The notes under the pieces were generated by a model, which saw only the letters and a list, made by a program, of their open reading frames with translations, ran no database searches and was not told the DNA's origin. A stretch of DNA of 64,000 nt from Raillietiella orientalis. Lineage: Eukaryota. Shown in pieces: positions 52,275-64,000 of this stretch (position 1 is the stretch's first letter; each line of letters opens with the position of its first letter). Where the stretch lies: NCBI GenBank assembly GCA_036172245.1, contig JAYWIR010000020.1:1054001-1118000 (forward strand), written 5' to 3'. A program made the position numbers and the translations under genes.

Positions 52275-52311
52275 TGGGAACAGAGGACGCTGAAAATATC
52301 CAGTATTAGTC
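52275..52311 (-). CDS. Candidate penultimate small exon of the same gene
   Basis: Donor CCA|gtgagg is in phase 0 with the next exon (146-nt intron). The acceptor is either ttccttctaag| (37 nt, TNTGYFQRPLFP) or attttcag| (15 nt, RPLFP). Confidence 0.35.
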
Positions 52312-53769
52312 CTTAGAAGGAACGAGTGTAAGAGATGAGCCCAGCAGCCCTTTAGGAGACCAATGGCTCCTCGTGGTTTTCACTTAATTCTTCCGTGCAA
52401 GCGCACGCAGGAGAGGGCAAACAATGAAAGGGACATGGGACATGGAGTCAGACTCACAGAAACCGAACATGTTCTGGGCAGTCCCTCTGAAATGGACCAT
52501 AACATGCAAATCTCAAATCTTCCATCCCCGTTTCCATCTTATGACACGAACGATCCTCGATTCATCGTAATTTTCTCAAAGCAGAGAAACGGGAACCTCC
52601 CTCACTGTAACTACCGATAATTAGCCCGTTTGGGTTGCCCCTTCCACTTGTGGGATGCGATAGACGTTTTCCCTTACTTCGTTCCTTGAAATCAGGAGCG
52701 ATTCGAACGCCTTCGATTCCTTGAGAAATCGTTCGTGCAGCTTTGGTGGATCATTTATCACGATAATTGATAAACATTAGCTTCGGTTAAGTATCATCTT
52801 AAACTGTGCTTCATTGTCCGTTCGTCTTAAGCTTTCCAAGCTACGCCCGAACCACGTTGACACCTAAGCTCTGCTTCATTGAAATCTCGGTGCGTCCTTC
52901 ACACTCACTGAGTCCCTCTAAGGGAATTCTCACTCAACAGCCAAAAAAAGAAAAGAAAAGAAATGAAAACAGAAGTCAACAGACAATAGGTCACGTGTAT
53001 GCATTGATATGCACCAAAGTTTCGCCCTTGGCTATATGCGAGCAACTATTTCCACTTTTGTAGGTTTCCATCCTCTCTAAACTCTGATGAGTACAAAGGC
53101 ACCCTGATATCACCCTCAACAAGTTATTTCAGCGACGACGCACTTTAGTGATTCTTCGGGCTGTGCATCACATAGCATAGGTTATGTGGCGGAGCTTCGT
53201 GGGTCGAGGCACAATCAGCATTAAGCAGGTCGGCAAAACCACCGCCCACTCTTGACACATTCAGCCATCGTCGCAAATTTCAGCGATCGCATTTGGATTC
53301 ACATCTAAAGATGGTTCTCCAGATCCCAGTCTGGCCAATCTTGAGATAGTGGCAGCGTCGAAACTCAAAGATAAGTGGCAAGAGATCGAAAGGACCCTCC
53401 CCACTGATGCAGCATGACATTACCATCCCATTCATCGGAAAAGTTGCCGTGCTGGTGGCCGCGTGTGGAAAAATGTCGCGTTAAATTTGCTGCTCCAGTG
53501 CTGAATCGTGTATCATTCACAGAACATAGTGATGGCGTTATATTATGATGAACCATTATCCCTACTTCTATGCATTTCATTGTGCGTTATGATGCCATAT
53601 GTGGAACAAAAAGCGATAAACCGATTATGATGCTAAAGGCGCTTAAAGGCTCCTTCAGAAAATAATTTGTTTGCTTCCAAGGTGTTTCTTAACTGCCCAC
53701 GTTTTCTGCGCGCATTTCAAACTTTGGTTTGAAGTATTGGTAGGTTCTTCATTTCAAGCGCACCGCATA

Positions 53770-56700
53770 AGCTAAATCGCATAGCTGGAATTTCGATTGA
53801 CTTTCCAAGGATTGCAGGTCCTGAGGGCGAAAGAAGATGCAGTGACCAGAGAGAAGTATTCTTCAGCCTCCCATCAATATCGCTTCTCGGCCTTTTGGCT
53901 GATATCAAAGTGATCAAAGTGATTCTTGTGTGTTTCCGACTGAACTTGCACTCCAGAGCGAGATGGTGTAAGAACGTCATGGCGTCCCAAAGGGCCGAAA
54001 ATGCAGTGCAGTAAAAAACATTGGGAACTTCTTCATTCCAAAAAAGTGAATCCTGTGGAATGAAGACCGGGAGTTCAATTTTGCTGCGATACCAAGGAAA
54101 AGAAAAGTTTCCAGGATAGGGGCGTGTTATTGTCCGCAGACAAGTGGAGGAATGCGTACTTTCCTCCTTCACAGTTATCGCATAAGGTGACACACAAAAT
54201 AAATATGAAAGACACAAGTTCACGCACAGTGGAACAGATTCTCAGCCTTCTCAAGGAAACCTTTGACGATCTTCCGTCAGCAAGCAATACAAAACGGATT
54301 TTTAAAGCGATTCCTAGACAATGTTTGATCAAATCTGCTGGTTGTCTATAAAAGGCACCCAGTAAATTTGATGCAATGGAATCCAAACTATAGACCATCT
54401 AGAGCACCGTTGCAGATTCTGAGGAATGACAGAAGCTGGGGAATAATTAGCACACGAAAACGCGTTCAGATTATTTAATCGGAGTTTCTCACGTCTGGAT
54501 CAGCATTTTATTTATTTCTGATTAAAGGTCGAACGAAGATCGCTTTTGCTTGAATCTCTGCGCAACCATATTTCAAGATTAAAAAAAAAGGGAGACTTAG
54601 TGGCACCACCTGCAACGTACTCCTCTTATTTCAAAGTCTTTATTTGAATATGAGCACTGGAACATTAATCTATAATCCACTTCCATGTAGTCTTCCCGAT
54701 TGAATCTACCAAAGAGTCCCTCAGCATAATCAGTAATGAAATTTTGACTCAATAAGCAGCTCAGATGCAGAAATGCCAATCTGTAGCTGACAAGCGTGAG
54801 ATTGCAAGTGTAGAATGTACCGAAAGCAAATTGCTTTTTCTTGTGCACTGCCATATACAAATGAAATTTTCGAATGCTCTGGAGAATTTTTTGGTTTGTG
54901 TAACTGAAAAACAAGAGGAGTGATAAATTCTTTCCTGGTTATTGGAACTGAGTCAGTTCTTTGGTGTTTTTCCAATGAGATCCGAAGCATACTTGAAGCG
55001 CTTAGAAATATTTTTATTGGAAAGTGTTTACTTGACATAAAGGATGCTTAAATCCAAAGACTCCAAATGGTTTTTTGTCTTGCAGCCTTTTTTTTTGTGT
55101 ACATTGCATTTTCTCATAGTAGGGTCGTTTATATGCAGAAGTTACTTTTTAAGCATCATTATTGATGGACCACAGTTGTTACCAAGTCTTTGTAAATCTT
55201 TTCGAAAGTGCTCTGGAAGCGTTTATTATCTGCATCTGAGTTGCAATTTCAAGTAAAAGATGAAGGCTGGAGATTTTTATTCAAAATGGCAGAACTTATC
55301 GCCTTTCTTAGTCCCTTACACAGTTGATCTCGTTGATCTCAACGCATTAGTCTCTGAAACTGCAATCGTCCTTCTCTTGAATTTTTTGCTTGTTGTTTCA
55401 TTGCCACAGAGAGCCACGTGTTCTCTGTCTTTTAGGATTTGGTAAGTAAGCAGCTGTGGGTTTTACTGAAACATATTTTCTAGGGGATGGTCTCTCCATT
55501 CCGTCCTCAGTTTTCTGAAAACATTATCGATTTCCTACTCCATTCTCTGTGCAAATACTTCTTATCGAGAACAGTTTCAGGATGCACTTGGACAACATCC
55601 CAAGTTACGGGAAAGCTTGCATTTCAATGAAAGCTTAAAAAAAAATAAATAAACGAAATCTTGTAGACGTTTAGATTGCTCCAAGTATCGTTTTTTTGCG
55701 TACCGTAATTGCCAACTAGAGTTGCCCACCATAAACGTGATGCAGATGATGTATGCAAAGTCCTTAGCTGCAATGGATGCGAGTGCTCCTTCCTTCCAGA
55801 GTTTTTGATCAGCTGGTCGCAACACCGAAATTTGCTAGCGAATTTGCACAAGTCCAGGAAGAGAAATCCCATCGATCGAAACCCCCTGAGTACCTAAACA
55901 AGGATGACGGTATCCACAAGCTTCCAGTAAAAACTATGGCAAACAAGGACGCTGCTTTCGAGCAGGCTACAAAATCTCACGGCATCTAAAAGCAGAGCTT
56001 CACATGGGAGACTCCAGCCCAGCCTCCCTATGTTTTTTTCCAAATCCAAAGTCTAGCCACCATCGATTCTGCAAGTGCTTTGCAAGTCGCTGTGATTTCG
56101 TCCGAAACAACGAAATCAGATGACTGACTCAAAAAGCCATTGCACTTTGCATCTCTTCTTTCAACTTATGAAAACGAAAAGAACCGGAATTCTCTTACAT
56201 TTATCCATTCACTTCGTCTATTCTTTTTTTTTTTGGGCAAAGTGGAAATATTCCACTGTTTTCGAATCAGACCCACATCTATCTACATCCCGTAGTCCTT
56301 GCATTGCGTAGAAAATCTCAAATCACCATTCTTCCTTTGGAGTAAGACGTTTCTTCTATTCAAGGGATTTTCACCTATCATCTCCTAGAAGCTGAGGTGA
56401 ACGTTATTTGAGTTCTCTATGTCTTCACCCCTCTTCTTGTCAGGGTCTTCGGTTTGCATAAAACCATTCCGAATTCTTCGATAGCCAGCAATCCCTTGAT
56501 TCCCGTTATTTTGTCTCCATCTGACAGCAACTTGTCGCTTAACCTTACAGTGAAAATTTCATGGAGCACCTAAAGTGGGGCCTATCAGAGACTACCGGAT
56601 TGTCGAGACTGGCAGTCTTCACTTTGGTGACGGTGACATGCTGTCATTTCAGGGATTTGCTAACCAAAAATGATGAAAAGGTATCGTTCAGCTTCATTCC

Positions 56701-57004
56701 TGGGACGGGATACCAACTGGGTTTTTCGATCAGCTACTGCAGCATTGCAGCTGGCTAGCAGAGCGAGCGCTAATCTTCTTCCATTCTGCTTTTGAGAAAG
56801 AGAAGCTGCAAAGAGTCAACAAAGATGGAAAACAAAGAAAAGAGTTGTCCCACGTAACGTTCAGAGAAGAAAGAAGAGACGATTCCATCGACTTAAGACA
56901 ACGATTCCAAGACAAAACGGTGGAAGAGCGGTACCAGAATGGAAAATGCTCCTCCTTTTCATGAAGTATTCTTAGTCTGCATCGGAATAAATAAATAAAT
57001 AAAA
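53770..57004 (+). mobile_element. Degenerate L1/Tx1-like ORF2 (EN, RT, zinc motif, 3' end), probably interrupted
   Basis: KTGSSILL...GRVIV (EN) near 54060-54130, RDADDVC (YADD) near 55740, LANLHKS, PEYL, ENFMEHLKWG near 56560, and an (AATA)n end at 56985-57004. Spacing is consistent with a single ORF2. Confidence 0.5.
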
Positions 57005-57749
57005 TGCTGTTACTGTTGGATATGAAAGGGAGGATTTCGCACGCAACAATTCCGAACCAGAACGAAACTGGAGAGCAGATCTTTCACCAGAAATACTCAT
57101 AGTCGAGCTCGATGAACTCTTAGAGTTTCCCGTTGAGCGCACTCAGCCGCAACCTTTGTCTTTTGCTAGACTCTTTCCCATTTGGGCTCCCCTTTTCAAT
57201 TTGCCGACTTCGGCGCAAAGCACCTCACCACATTACTTTCCTCTGTGTCCTCAGCTGCAATCACGATCCCGCTTCTAGCCTCACTTAACACTACGAGGCT
57301 GGAAGAAAATCCCGGATCCTCTTTCCCGTGCACTCTGTGAAATCGACGGGAGTACTTGATAACAACCGACTATCATGACGTCTCTCTGGGTTCCACCACG
57401 AAGCATCCCTCCGGATGGGCATCCTGAGGAAAGGTGTGACAGAGCTCTCTCCTGCGGCTGCTTTTCCGTGCTAAGCTGTCCCTATCGAGTCCTTTTCTGT
57501 TCCTGAGCCCGTTCGCATCCAGTCTGGAGAGTTCTTTACTCAGAGGATGATCTCCGAAGACCCTTCATTTTTTTATTCATTTTCTTCCTTTTCTGGAGGG
57601 AGTGAAGGGAGGAGCAGGAAGAAGGAGACTGTTGCGTGGGACCAGGTTCTGCATCCTCGTCCCGGAAACTCGCTTCGAATTTCCATCTCCTCCACCTATT
57701 CTTGTCAATGCTTTGCGGGAGAGCTTAATCTTCCCTCCTTTCCCTTCCT

Positions 57750-59150
57750 CTCCTCCCCACCCTATCGCTGGCTGTGTCCAGGTGCCATCGTCATGGCCCC
57801 TGCCCTTCAGACGGGGACAAGGAGAGGTGCCGTACTCAGACGCCTTGCCGCCTCAATACCCTACGGACGAAGCTGCTGGATTCCTGCTGAGGATGAGTCT
57901 GGAAAGTGCCCTTGCGCACCGTCCAGAGCTCCTCGCTCCGGAGTAAAACCAGGACATGCTGCAAAGACGAGCTCAGAGTCCAGAGGGACGCGGAGCGCGC
58001 GTGCGCCTTTTGTGGTCACCGACGTGTGGCGGCCTCTATTGATCTTGTCCTCCTAACAGGTGTTCCCTTTTCTTGTTCCAGGTTCCACGAAGGAAGCTCT
58101 GGCACGAGGAGAGGGGGAATGCGGGGCGGCGTGCTTTGCCGTTCGGCCTCCGGCAGACAAGCAGAGGAAGCTGCTTTGCTCCCCACGCTTCCGGGCTGCT
58201 TCGAAACGACGATGGAACCGGAAATTCTTCAGAGGTCCCGGAAAATCCTCGCTGCCATTTTTGTTTGTTTATCCATTTTTTTTCTACTCGTTCCCCCCTC
58301 GGTGGAAGTTCTCCATGCAAACCTCGCGTGGACCAGCGAGGAGCAGCTCGGTTTCGCGCATCACGGCGCCCCCTTCTCGCAGCCATCTGCAGACAAGCAG
58401 TCGAGAACGTTTCCCACTCGAGTGGCGTCCTCCACAGGTAGAGAACCTACATTTAAGATGATGCTCTCCATCATGTGCGTCCGTTCTGGTGCCTCATGCT
58501 GCAGGGTTCAGAATGTGCGTGCTGAAAGCTTTAGCCAGTGAGAGGCGAAAGGCAGAAGATGAGGAAAGCAGGAAATTCTTCTGTTGGTGCGGGCCGCCTG
58601 CCGACGCTTGGCCTCCCCATCGTTCCTGGGTCAGCTCTTGGAAGCATTCTGCATATACAGTGAATCCTGCTCATCCACGCTCCTGATGGGATGTTTTTGT
58701 CTTTTTGTTTTTGATCTGAAAATGTCCGCATCCGGGATCAGTGGACTTCCTGAGAAATCAGATGCGGAAGTGCTCTCCTCCGCATCTTCAGATTTCGAGT
58801 TCCTCTTCTCAACTTTTCTATCAAATGTGGCATGCTCCTCCCTTCCTCGTGTCTTGAATGTCTCCAGGGAAGGGAGTCGCTCCAAGGATTCCTTACGTGC
58901 CTCCAAAACAGTAGGTCCTTACTGTTCCAAACGCAACCTCGTTCTTCGGCATTCCAGAGCTTGCTTCCAAGCCCAGGGTCCAAGGCATCGATCGGCTTGT
59001 CAAGGAAGAATACCCTCTTCCTCTTTCGCTCTCCCACCTGCCTCTCGCGATTTTCGGAGTGAAGTCCAAGTGAAGAGTTCGTCGGTCAGCGTTTGTCCTG
59101 CGCGTTCAACAGTGGACCGCAGAAACCGAATTCGTCCCCGTGCATCGAAC
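57750..59150 (-). mobile_element. Degenerate L1/Tx1-like ORF2 (post-EN linker to RT)
   Basis: GSKLWN...KDLLFWRHVRNPWSDSL (like GYWKLN..LL.D..F...V...W), VPLDSELVF (like SLDQEKAF) and RRQGV..RHLSLSP (like GVRQGCPLSP). Confidence 0.5.
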
Positions 59151-61699
59151 AAATAAATAAACCTGAACTAAGAAGATCCAGATGTACAGGTAGCTAGAGA
59201 TAAAGGGTTTAAATAAATGAAGACGCAATTTTTTCCACAGTGAATTATTTACTCGGAAGAACGGCGAGGCACTGTGCGACACGCGAAATTCAATAAACCG
59301 AGAGATGCCCAGGCTCGAGAGAGGAAAGGGAAAAAGGACTGGGATGAAGTAAGGTGGCTGCATAGGACCGACGAGAAGAATGAGAAGCGGGGAGAGCGGA
59401 ACGTGCTCTCTTCTCCCTCCTCAGTGCCTGAGACAATCATGCGCCGTGAAGGGCGGAGCTGAGGAATCGAATCCACTCTTGGCGCACTCGTAAACAGCCT
59501 GGAGTACTGCTCTGATAGCGAACCCCTTACTCAAACTTTCGTGCCTGCCGGCAACGTTGCTGGTGGTGGGTACAGCTGCCTACCCCGTCTCCCTGCCTTC
59601 TAAAGCGCAGGGCAGAATACTACTAACACTTCCGGCTACGTGTTTGAAAACCTTCAAACCAGAGCAGTTGCTTCCACCCACTCGAGGGATGTTTCTCTCG
59701 GACAGTGGCCGCGGTGGCCCCTGATGTATTTTCGTGCACTTGTGGGTTCTTCATAGCCAATGTGCCGCACTAATTTAATTCTCCCTTGCAGAGACTTGAA
59801 ACACGAATTCATTCGGTTTGTTAATTCTCATAGGATGATGCACGAGGCAGACAGTATGGAAAAACAGATCATTCGCAATGGATATCACGAAAATGCCGTG
59901 TCGAAAACTGGTATTGATCTGCCTTGGACTGACAAGAAAACCAGGCCTCTAAAACCAGGTGCCTCATGGTAACACATCATCCCAATTTTACTTCAATTTG
60001 TCACGTGATCACGTTTAAGGCTGCTTTTGTTTTTTTTTGGTTTCTCTTTTTTCGTATTCACAATTCACCGCGAAGATTTCCTTCGCGGTGAATCCAACAA
60101 CGCTGTGAATCCTGTTTCCGGAATCGGCGAAGCGAGCTCCAGGAGTTTCAAGAGATCGTTTTCTCATCAGAGGATATCTCGAAACAGGAAACGCACAGGA
60201 TCTTCTTACTCTCTTGATCCCCAAATTGATTTTTTCTTGCGGTTCCACCCCTTTTGTTCATCACAACTCATGACTCGTGTCCAAGAACGCTCTCCGGAAG
60301 CTCATTCTGGAACCACGTGGCTCTGAGTGAAAACCGATTCCCAAGTGCTCTAGTTTCTATCAAGAGACTCAGACTTCCTTCATCCTTTGATTTTCGAATC
60401 CCGCGTTCCTTGCCACTTTTCCTTTTTAAATGAGAACGGCGCAAAGCGGAACAAAGACCACGAAATTTTCGTTCTTCATTTCACATGCAAGCAAGGAGCT
60501 GGCAACTTCTTTATCCAGCAGTGCCGCACAGTAAAGGTGTGGAAATCTCTGGAAGGATGGCGATGACTTCTGCGTCAGCCGTGCAGTTGATGGCATATCA
60601 CGGAACCATGGAAACAACGGTTGCTCTTACTGTTTTGTCGCGAAAACCCTCCAAGTCACTAATTGACTTCTAAGTCTAGTAAGTAATTCAAAAAGGCTTT
60701 CAAAAGTCCTTCTACCGTCAACACTATCGTTTCAAATCGTCGTTGGATCCTCTGAATGCAACTCGCAGAATGTACTTTCTACAGAGAATACTTTTATGGA
60801 AACGGGACTGTGCTCCTTAGACCTGCACTGTGCTAGATTCCAAGACTTTCGAGAGCTGATATGAGCACCTACTGAGACATGGAGCCAAAAATAACTCAAT
60901 TAAACTCTGACTTACTGTAACACAAAGATAAATTTACGGCACTCCCTGCGTCGTTTTCTGCTTGATTCACGAATCATTCGGTGTTATCACGAAGAGGGTT
61001 CCTTCACAGAAATAAACGGAAGCTCTTGAGATGAACAGCTACTGCTCTAGTGGGCAAAACCTGTCGAAGAGTTCCCAGCAGACTGGGGTACTCAGTCAGT
61101 ATTTTCTTGGGGCCATCGAGCTGCGACAAACACACGGAGAGAGAAAAATACGATGGCTCTTCGATGTTTGGTTAGGTGAAAGATGGTTGGGAGCGAACAG
61201 AATATGAGCTCAGAAACCACATTCCCGGAAAATTGTCAAGCCCCTCAAGAAGACGCGCAAGCAACCCAGCCTTTTCCATTTCGGATTCAGAACAATAACT
61301 TCTCAGGGTATCAACCAACATGCAACAGCATCTGGGAAACGCTGGATTACTCCATCGTCAATCTCACACCACGATTTCCATTCAGACTGTTTGCGGCGCC
61401 GCTGCGAATTGATTCGTGGTGCTCATTCTGCTTCGGAGAATAAATGGCTGGGGATCTTGAAAGCTGCCTGCTCTTCCTTACGGTACATTTCTTTTCTTTT
61501 TTTTTTGGCTGCTTTTCATTTCTTTAATCATTTGGGAGGAAAAAAGAAAAAGTTGGAACGACATCTGTGAAAACGCCAGCAAGTTCGCACTCCGGAATGC
61601 AATCGAAGGAAACAAGAGTCCCATTTTCAAACAATTATTCACCAGTCGGAACAGCTCAGCAAAAAAACGGCTGCTGAAGCTGCGTTCACGGGCGATCAG

Positions 61700-64000
61700 T
61701 TCCGCAAGACTTTAGAACGAACGAAGCAAACAGGAAATGAAAAGCATAGTAACAAGGGTGAATTTTCTATTGGATGCTCGTAACACAGCCAACACCCCAA
61801 TGCGTCCGGCATCAGGAAGGTTTTTCCCTTTGGAATGCGCAAGACGCAGCTGTGATTCCAAAAGAACACGGATAAATCTGGGGTGACTAGACAGCATCGA
61901 ACTCGAAGGACAAGTCGGCAGACTGGGGTGACGCTTGTCTGATGACGCATACCCGGGAAACGAGAGGAATGCTCACCAGAAAAAAAGGTACGTATCCTAA
62001 TGTCCTTGAAGAGGGCTCTCCTCAGAGCACATCAAGCTTGCCGCCCAGCGGTCGGAATTCGTCGGGAAACTTCCGCGGAAAACATCATTCCTTGCGGCGG
62101 AAGTCTCTTGCTATTTCCACCGTGGGTGGAACTCGTTCCGCCGCGAAGTGCGAGATCATCGCCAGATGCCGGACACCTCCTCCTCGAGACTGGGGCACGG
62201 GAGACCTTCTCTGAGAAGAATCGTTCTCTGCGGAAACCGAGGTCTTCTGCAACAGCACCTGGGGCACGATTTTTAAAGCTGCCAACGACCACCATTCCTG
62301 TTTATCTTCCTGAGATCACTGGGCTCATTGTCTTCCGCTGAGAGAACACCAAACGTGCCGGGAGAACCTGAAGTTCGATCTCAGTGAGGCTGGGCGGTGT
62401 AGCTGGAATCTTTCGCCTCGACAATCCTGAAGAGCGCCTCCATATCACACGCTAACGCGCAAGCTGTGCAACTCGGGCACCTTGCTAAAAGCGGGGAAAG
62501 GTGTTCCCGGCGCGTGTCGTCACGCGTTTTCGGAGCGTCAGAAAGAACAATCTGTTTGGGCTGTCTGGTGCAGTTTATTGGCATCCCGGTGACACACTGG
62601 GCTTCGCGAATTTGTAAAATTAGAAAACACTACCGCTTTCTCTAGGCTGTGTTTGGGACCGGAAGCGACCTCCAATGTACACCTCGCCACAGGGCATTTT
62701 AGCGAGCTTCTTGCTACTCTCACGGCGGGCCGGTGGACACTCCGCTCCACTGGTGTCAGCTGGAAAGCTGCCAACACGTGGCGCTTTCTCTTGGTGCAGA
62801 GAGACCACCGGTCGGAAACTTCACGAAGCAGCTTCGGAAATGGATGCAAGGCACACTTTTGCGGGGACCAGTGAGCCTTGCAGATCGGTGGTGGAGCGCC
62901 AAGAGGTATGGGCGACCACCGCTGGCGTCTCTGCTGCAGCTGACGTGACGAGCGTCCCTTCGAAACCCCAGGACTCATCGGGGAACGTCCGGCTTTCCCA
63001 GGAAGGTGGAGTAGACCTCCTTCTTCGAGGTCATGTCTGCATCCCCCATCCCGATCTCTCCCGCCCGCCTCCTCGGGAGGAACTGCGGAGTCGGAAAGAG
63101 GGGGACTCTCCGTCCACCCCTTCCTCTTCGTGCTTCGCCACGGCGGGGCGACCGGGAGGAGGAAACGGCTTCCCGGGAGGTGAGGTCACGAGGCGATCGC
63201 GTCCCCGGAGCAACCGGAAAAGGGAGAAAAAGTGCACGTCACCTTGCGCGTCTTGGTACCCCTGCAGCGCCTGCCCAGACAGCCGAAGCACTCGTTGCTG
63301 TCGAGGGAAGACGAGCGGGAAGTGCTGGCCGGGAGGCTGGGCTGTCTCTTTGGGTAGCACCTGGTGGCGACCTCGGGCTCGGTGAACTCCCTGTCCTGAA
63401 ACGGTTGAAGAAGCCGGTCGCGCGACTGAACAACCTTTTCGTAGGGAGAGGAAGGAGCAGGGATTCCCTTCACCTGCAGATAGAATAATGAAGAGGGATG
63501 GGGAGACACCGCTAGGCTCAGGGGTCACTCCATGTGGAAGGGGGGATGAAAGAGGAAGAGAGGGAAGATAGCGCTGGAGACGCGCAGTGGCCCCAGGCAA
63601 GCGGAGGATTGGGCGCCATCGCGCCTGTGAGATCAGCGGTCCGGCAAGCCTTCCATGGGCGCGCCAACGAGAGGCGCTCCGCTACCAGACGTGCCACTCA
63701 CGCCTGACTTTCCTCTGGAGAGAGTGAAGTCAGCAAGGGTTCCGGGAATTGAACGGCCCTTCGGAATAATCCCTTCTTCCACCCTCATTCCAGTGGGACG
63801 TTGCTCCCTGCTGGGCAAGGCTGCCCCCAGAGAGGAGACGACTCCGCGAAAGATACTGGACCTGCAGGCAGGGTATCTTCTGAACCAGGAGAGGTTCCAG
63901 CAAGCGCTGACCAGGCGCAGAGAAAGGCTCATCCGTCCCTCTCTTTTTGATCTTTCTTCTCTCCATCCTAGACCTCGGGGATCCGACACGAGGGGCTGCC
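61700..64000 (-). mobile_element. 5' part of an L1/Tx1-like LINE: ORF1 (about 63000-63900) and start of ORF2 endonuclease (from about 62295 down)
   Basis: ORF1-like SPYEKVV...LVFPRQQR/ECFGCLGR (zinc knuckle). EN-like VVVGSFKNR, VLLQKT, QSRGGGV and WNHSCVL. Frameshifted; may be the same element as 57750-59150. Confidence 0.55.

Noticed and set aside
52300..52380. Nuclear-receptor-like peptide LLKGCWAHLL on the - strand
   Set aside because: Too short, with no flanking ligand-binding-domain similarity or supporting exon structure.
53300..53560. hAT dimerisation-domain-like fragments (LPCWW, VALNLL, SSAES)
   Set aside because: Requires several frameshifts and is too weak to call.
63655..64000. 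Open + strand frame running off the window
   Set aside because: It is antisense to GC-rich LINE ORF1 sequence and has no recognisable domain.

Overview
Eukaryotic genomic DNA (probably invertebrate or arthropod; inference), not a prokaryotic operon region. The left end holds the last three coding exons of a + strand class A neuropeptide-type GPCR (2596-2816, 2988-3138, 6905-7264; TM5 to C-terminus). Near 52 kb lies the terminal exon of a convergent - strand gene. Most of the rest is a graveyard of decayed non-LTR retrotransposons, mainly L1/Tx1-like, plus L2/CR1-like and hAT remnants; most short ORFs in the track are noise or TE debris. The most interesting signal is a GC-rich, apparently structured repeat family in three copies (17354-18060 +, 22379-23050 +, 24576-26267 -). 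It has a Pol III-like B box, stems conserved despite sequence change, and an array of ~42-nt hairpins. The third copy ends in the 3' tail of an L1/Tx1-like LINE, and a young copy of that LINE family has inserted into it with a perfect 14-bp target-site duplication. Several LINE ends share a small terminal stem-loop and lack poly(A). Together this suggests a SINE-like element and partner LINE with structure-based 3' recognition. All assignments were made by eye, with no database searches.
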